Assembly: GCA_016930515.1 (NCBI GenBank)
Contig: JAFGGO010000109.1
Coordinates: 1 to 21,033, forward strand
DNA length: 21,033 bases
Origin: Promethearchaeota archaeon
GTDB lineage: Archaea > Asgardarchaeota > Lokiarchaeia > Sigyniarchaeales > SOKP01
Reading direction: 5' to 3'
Below are positions 17,122-21,033 of the stretch, piece after piece. Numbering within the stretch: the stretch's first letter is position 1; every line of letters starts with the position of its first letter. The position numbers and the translations under genes are program-made. Under the pieces are notes generated by a model, which was not told the DNA's origin, did not search any database, and saw only the letters and a program-made list of their open reading frames with translations.

Positions 17122-17622
17122 ATGTCTGAAAAAAAAGAAAGTCAAAACATCCCAACCGCTTGGCAATACGAAAAATGGATAAGCGTGCTTGGAAAATGGA
17201 CTTGGATGGTTATTCTTTTAATTGCGGTTTTATATTTATTAGCAACTATTTACACGATTGGATCTTATACAATTTCCTTTATCGAAGCAAAAAACGCTTG
17301 GGAACGCAACAATCCCTCAAGCTCTTATTTCTACGTTTACGAGTTTCAACCCTTTTGGATCTGGGACCTTTTATCTCCGATAATATTAGCAATTTTTGCT
17401 TGTAATACATTGCGAGTTCGATTTTCTAAGCCATGTGCTCAAAAGGATTGGATTAAATTATTTGACGATGTTTGGGAAGTAGGAGAGACTAGAATTCCAC
17501 GGATGCTAATATGGGTTGCAACTGCAGAGATCTTCGGATTAGGCGTGGCAGGCCTGCCAATCCTAATCATTTCAATTATATTATTATATAGAGGACCACA
17601 AACATACGAATGGAAGAAATAA
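17122..17622 (+). CDS. Membrane protein, tandem paralogue 1 (most diverged)
   Basis: Shares 'W..E.W.S.LGKW.W', 'RFSKPC..KDW..L.DDV' and 'GP..Y.WK' with the next two ORFs; 3-4 hydrophobic segments. Confidence 0.85.
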   Translation: MSEKKESQNIPTAWQYEKWISVLGKWTWMVILLIAVLYLLATIYTIGSYTISFIEAKNAWERNNPSSSYFYVYEFQPFWIWDLLSPIILAIFACNTLRVRFSKPCAQKDWIKLFDDVWEVGETRIPRMLIWVATAEIFGLGVAGLPILIISIILLYRGPQTYEWKK

Positions 17623-17919
17623 AATTATTATCCAAATGAATATTGAATTCAGAATAAGAAAATGGAAATACAAAATTCGTGTTAAAATCCTTAGTGATTT
17701 AAAGGCATTCAAATATTTACCCTAAAATGTTTAAATAGAAAATAAGAATAAATTTCTTAAAGAGATAGTTTCACATTCAAAAGATTTGAATGTTTGGAAA
17801 ACGAATCATCTCAAATTCGCACCAGATGGGTTTATATACTATAAAAACAAATTCTTCACTTAATTAAAAATAAATGTTTAATTCGAAATCAATAAACTTG
17901 AAAAAGTGAAAACAATATT

Positions 17920-18426
17920 ATGACAGAACAAGAAAAAAAACCAAAACCGAAAGGCAAATGGCAACACGAGAATTGGGTTAGTATTTTGGGTAAATGGACT
18001 TGGGTGATCCTCTTAGTAAATGCTTTAGTATACATACTTTGGCCTATTGTGACTATAGCAACGACCTATTCTGAATGGCTCTCGCTTAAACAACTTTACG
18101 ATGCAAGTTATATTCCTGGCATCATGCCACCATATCCAGCCTACCCTCTCGACGCGTATTTGATATGGGAGATTATCGCAGCAATTATACTTGTAATATT
18201 TGCGATTGCCATCGTGAGACCACGATTTTCAAAGCCGTGCGCCGATAAAGATTGGGACAAGTTACTTGACGATGTCTTGGTTTTGGGAAGCGTGAGAATT
18301 CCATGGATGCTCATTTGGGGTATTATTACCGAGATATTAGGTCAATGGTGGGGTGGAGCACCCATATTCGTGGTTGCATTCGTGCTAATATTCGCTGGTC
18401 CGAAACCGTATAGCTGGAAAACATAA
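17920..18426 (+). CDS. Membrane protein, tandem paralogue 2
   Basis: Same motifs as paralogue 1; TATA TTTATATA at 17831-17838; T-rich tract after the stop. Confidence 0.9.
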   Translation: MTEQEKKPKPKGKWQHENWVSILGKWTWVILLVNALVYILWPIVTIATTYSEWLSLKQLYDASYIPGIMPPYPAYPLDAYLIWEIIAAIILVIFAIAIVRPRFSKPCADKDWDKLLDDVLVLGSVRIPWMLIWGIITEILGQWWGGAPIFVVAFVLIFAGPKPYSWKT

Positions 18427-18475
18427 TTTTACTTTATTTTTTTAATTTTTTGTGTTATTTTCCTATTTTTTTATA
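18427..18475 (+). terminator. Oligo-T archaeal-type terminator
   Basis: Several T4-T8 runs immediately after the stop codon. Confidence 0.5.
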
Positions 18476-18611
18476 CATTATAGCTTTTTTAGCCTAGAGA
18501 GAATTTTTAAAAAAAATACCTTTTCAATTTCATCCAATAGGTCTTTAAATAGCTAGTTGAATGTCCTATACTCATAAAATTAAAAAAAAATCAGACGAAT
18601 AGGTGAAATTA

Positions 18612-19106
18612 ATGGTAGAACAAACAAAAAAAATACAAACAAAAAGTACTTGGAACCACGAAAAGTGGGTGAGCATTCTCGGAAAATGGATGTGGGTCAT
18701 CTTGCTGGTAAATGCTTTAATTTATGTCTTATTGAACATTTACTGGATGTCGGCTGCTTATACAGCATGGAACGATCTCAAGCTCTATTACGAATCTTAT
18801 GGTGTTCCTTTTACTGCTACATTTGCCATTGATGCTTCTTGGATTTGGGGCATAGTTAGTGCAATCATCCTGATCATCTTTGCGATCGCCATCGTGAGAC
18901 CACGATTTTCGAAACCTTGTGGTGAGAAAGACTGGGATTACTTGTTAGACGATGTATTGAAATTGGGAAGCATCAGATTCCCATGGATGCTCGTTTGGGG
19001 CATCATTGCCGAAATCTTTGGTCAATGGTGGGCGGGTGCACCAATTATCCTAATTGCGCTCGTGTTGCTATTTGCTGGTCCGAAACCTTATAACTGGAAA
19101 ACTTAA
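18612..19106 (+). CDS. Membrane protein, tandem paralogue 3 (ATG 18612 preferred over GTG 18603)
   Basis: Same motifs; AGGTGA SD at 18601-18606; TTTAAATA at 18544-18551. Confidence 0.9.
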   Translation: MVEQTKKIQTKSTWNHEKWVSILGKWMWVILLVNALIYVLLNIYWMSAAYTAWNDLKLYYESYGVPFTATFAIDASWIWGIVSAIILIIFAIAIVRPRFSKPCGEKDWDYLLDDVLKLGSIRFPWMLVWGIIAEIFGQWWAGAPIILIALVLLFAGPKPYNWKT

Positions 19107-19195
19107 TTTCTCTCTTTTTTTTAATTTTTTGAAAATTTGAAACGCTTGATGTTATTTAAAAATTTAATAAGTAAATTAAAAAAAGAAAAAAAAAA

Positions 19196-19248
19196 CCCCG
19201 TGAGGTAAGAGTGAAAAGAGTTAAACCCCGTGTTTATTTTTCCCCGTG
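19196..19248. repeat. Three copies of CCCCGTG (CACGGGG on the minus strand) in a convergent intergenic region
   Basis: Copies at 19196-19202, 19226-19232 and 19242-19248, each inside a short stem-loop, followed on the minus strand by a T10 tract. Confidence 0.7.
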
Positions 19249-19270
19249 AAATAAGACTGAATTTTTTCTT

Positions 19271-19606
19271 TTAAGCCCCTTTTTGTTCTTCGGTTTCTTC
19301 GCTCGCCTTATCGTTGTCCGATTCTAGCAAGAAATCTAGTGGAATATCAATTTCTATTTCAGCGCTCCTGAGTTTTTTCATGAATTGTCGCGCGCCGTAG
19401 TCGTTAAGCATGAGTTCGAGAAAATTTTGATAGATACCAATGACGTTGTCCAAGCCTACTTTAAAGTAAATATCGTTGTCCTCGAAGTTGATTTTGAAGA
19501 TTTCGTAAATACCCTTGACTGATTTTTTAATGTTTTCGAAGTTCAGTTCCGCTTTTTCTTCCAATGTCGTCGTGAATTCCGTGTTGATTGCATCTTCTCT
19601 AATCAT
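19271..19606 (-). CDS. Small acidic helical hypothetical protein (paralogue of 12834..13085)
   Basis: SD GAGGTGA upstream of the ATG; TTTATA at 19648-19643; 22/58 ungapped identities to the 12834 ORF. Confidence 0.85.
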   Translation of the reverse strand: MIREDAINTEFTTTLEEKAELNFENIKKSVKGIYEIFKINFEDNDIYFKVGLDNVIGIYQNFLELMLNDYGARQFMKKLRSAEIEIDIPLDFLLESDNDKASEETEEQKGA

Positions 19607-19727
19607 TCTTATATCACCTCAAAGTAAAGATGTTAATGGGCGTATAAAAAATCCTTCTTTTAAAGGATATTCTGTGGCAACCTCACGATCAAATATCATC
19701 CCAATAATCTTGCGACATTCTCGAAAT

Positions 19728-20762
19728 TCACACGATAATGAAGATCTGGAACATATTCATGATGTATCCTATAGCCCATATTATAAAAATGCTCACAAAA
19801 CCAACAAAAAACGCTAATAAAAGGGGAATATTCGTTGGAACCTCAGTGTTCGTTATCGAAAATATGACGCAATGTATGATGAATAATATAAAAGCGTTTT
19901 TGCCTATGACGGATATGAAATTCTCTTCTCGAAAGAATTTGAATTTGAGCTCGTATAAATCAAAAGCTACAAAAATAAAAAAGAAAACGATTGCTGAAAT
20001 TCCAGTTGTAGTGAGACAATATGGCAAGCTCATGTATTGCCTGCTGATTGCCCAATTGAAATTGAACGCTGAGATGAGATTTAATAGAAATCCTAACATC
20101 GTGAGGAAGATTCCGGAAATTAAAAAATAATTAATCATTATTGACTTATCTTGTTTTTTCTTAAATTCATAGATTCCTTCTGATATCACGGTGGATAAAA
20201 TCATGATTCCTCCCCACGAGAGGGCTCCAAAAAAACCAGCTTCTACTGCGTCGTATATCACGGATTTTAAGCTCGTTTCGAGCAGCCATTGATGAATTCC
20301 CATAAGCATTATTGCAATGATAACACGAACTCCTGGATGCAATTCTATTAAAAATAGCGCAATGAGACCCGATGTACCAAGATATTGAAGCGTACCCCAA
20401 TGGAAAACCAAGTTTCCTGCGTCGTCGAAATTAATGCTGATGACCAATCCAATAAAGAGAAATATTAAATATCTGCGAACAAAATGAAGATAAGCGCTTT
20501 TTCTTCCGTCTTTTTCAAGCCTTTTCATGAACGAGCTCTTGAAGTTCAGTGCCATCATGAAAACAAAAAATGGTGCGATTAAATCCACATAAGTCAAGCC
20601 AAAGTTCCCTGCATGTTTGCTCCAAGCAGGTATGTATTCAAATGTCCTCGTTGTATTCACAAATGTCATGAGAATGATCGTTAATCCCTTGAAAAAATCG
20701 ATACTTAATAGCCTTTTGTTCTTTGTTTCTATTGTTTCATCAACAGAAATTTCTTGATTCAT
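19728..20762 (-). CDS. Heparan-alpha-glucosaminide N-acetyltransferase-like (DUF1624/DUF5009-type) membrane acyltransferase
   Basis: 'RLLSIDFFKGLTIILMTFVN', 'H....GLTYVDLIAPFFVF', 'WGTLQYLG', 'IGKNAFILFIIH'; about 10 hydrophobic segments. Confidence 0.8.
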   Translation of the reverse strand: MNQEISVDETIETKNKRLLSIDFFKGLTIILMTFVNTTRTFEYIPAWSKHAGNFGLTYVDLIAPFFVFMMALNFKSSFMKRLEKDGRKSAYLHFVRRYLIFLFIGLVISINFDDAGNLVFHWGTLQYLGTSGLIALFLIELHPGVRVIIAIMLMGIHQWLLETSLKSVIYDAVEAGFFGALSWGGIMILSTVISEGIYEFKKKQDKSIMINYFLISGIFLTMLGFLLNLISAFNFNWAISRQYMSLPYCLTTTGISAIVFFFIFVAFDLYELKFKFFREENFISVIGKNAFILFIIHCVIFSITNTEVPTNIPLLLAFFVGFVSIFIIWAIGYIMNMFQIFIIV

Positions 20763-21033
20763 TGAGAAAATAAAAGTATCATTTCATAAAAAAAGTGTTA
20801 TTTGAAATAATAAAGGTCTATCTATTGAGTGGATCGTAAATTTTAAAAGCATGAAAGCGGTAAATACGAAATTTTAAAATTTCGCAAATATTTCACAATA
20901 CAAGCGTTATATTTCTCAAATAAGAAGATCTTTATTTTTCAAATCTCATGAGTCGTGAAAGTAAAAAATGTTATCCCAATTACCGGTTATTACAGAATTT
21001 CAAAGATTTTTATTTAATATCTTAGAAGATCCC

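Noticed and set aside
17122-19106. Diversity-generating retroelement as the source of loop variation
   Set aside because: No reverse transcriptase or template repeat in the window; differences include indels and are not adenine-specific.
19196-19248. CRISPR-like array
   Set aside because: Repeats are only 7 bp with irregular 23- and 9-bp gaps; no cas genes.
19515-20400. ORFs 19515..19817, 19738..20130 and 20167..20400, and similar shadows at 1194-1705, 7676-8022, 8970-9170, 10166-10588, 12001-12255, 13373-13588, 14214-14402, 15325-15531, 17160-17405 and 18650-18832
   Set aside because: Antisense or alternate-frame overlaps of better-supported genes, with no independent evidence.

Overview
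AT-rich archaeal chromosomal window, most consistent with an Asgard (Lokiarchaeia/Promethearchaeota-like) genome. This is inferred from a Rag-like small GTPase, archaeal TATA and GGTGA ribosome-binding signals, an Ogg2-type glycosylase and several lineage-style hypothetical families. No rRNA, tRNA, CRISPR array or transposase was seen. The left part (about 1-4.6 kb) is a decaying accessory stretch with an AAA_33-type kinase whose C-terminal tail sits in the -1 frame behind an in-phase A_AAA_AAA heptamer, plus two pseudogenes missing or incomplete in the ORF track. The centre holds the main candidate system: acetyl-CoA synthetase transcribed divergently from a small Lys-rich ORF, a CoA-transferase-GNAT fusion and an AcuC-type deacetylase. 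The fusion's CoA-transferase domain appears to lack the catalytic Glu, suggesting an acyl-CoA-sensing acetylation switch on Acs analogous to Bacillus acsA/acuABC. The right part has a phosphohexomutase, a GC-rich palindrome cluster, three small acidic proteins (two clear paralogues, all three with a shared upstream motif), an RHH-like regulator, a PfkB nucleoside kinase, ogg, three tandem membrane-protein paralogues with one hypervariable loop, and an HGSNAT/DUF1624-like membrane acetyltransferase. All calls are by eye; no database search was run.
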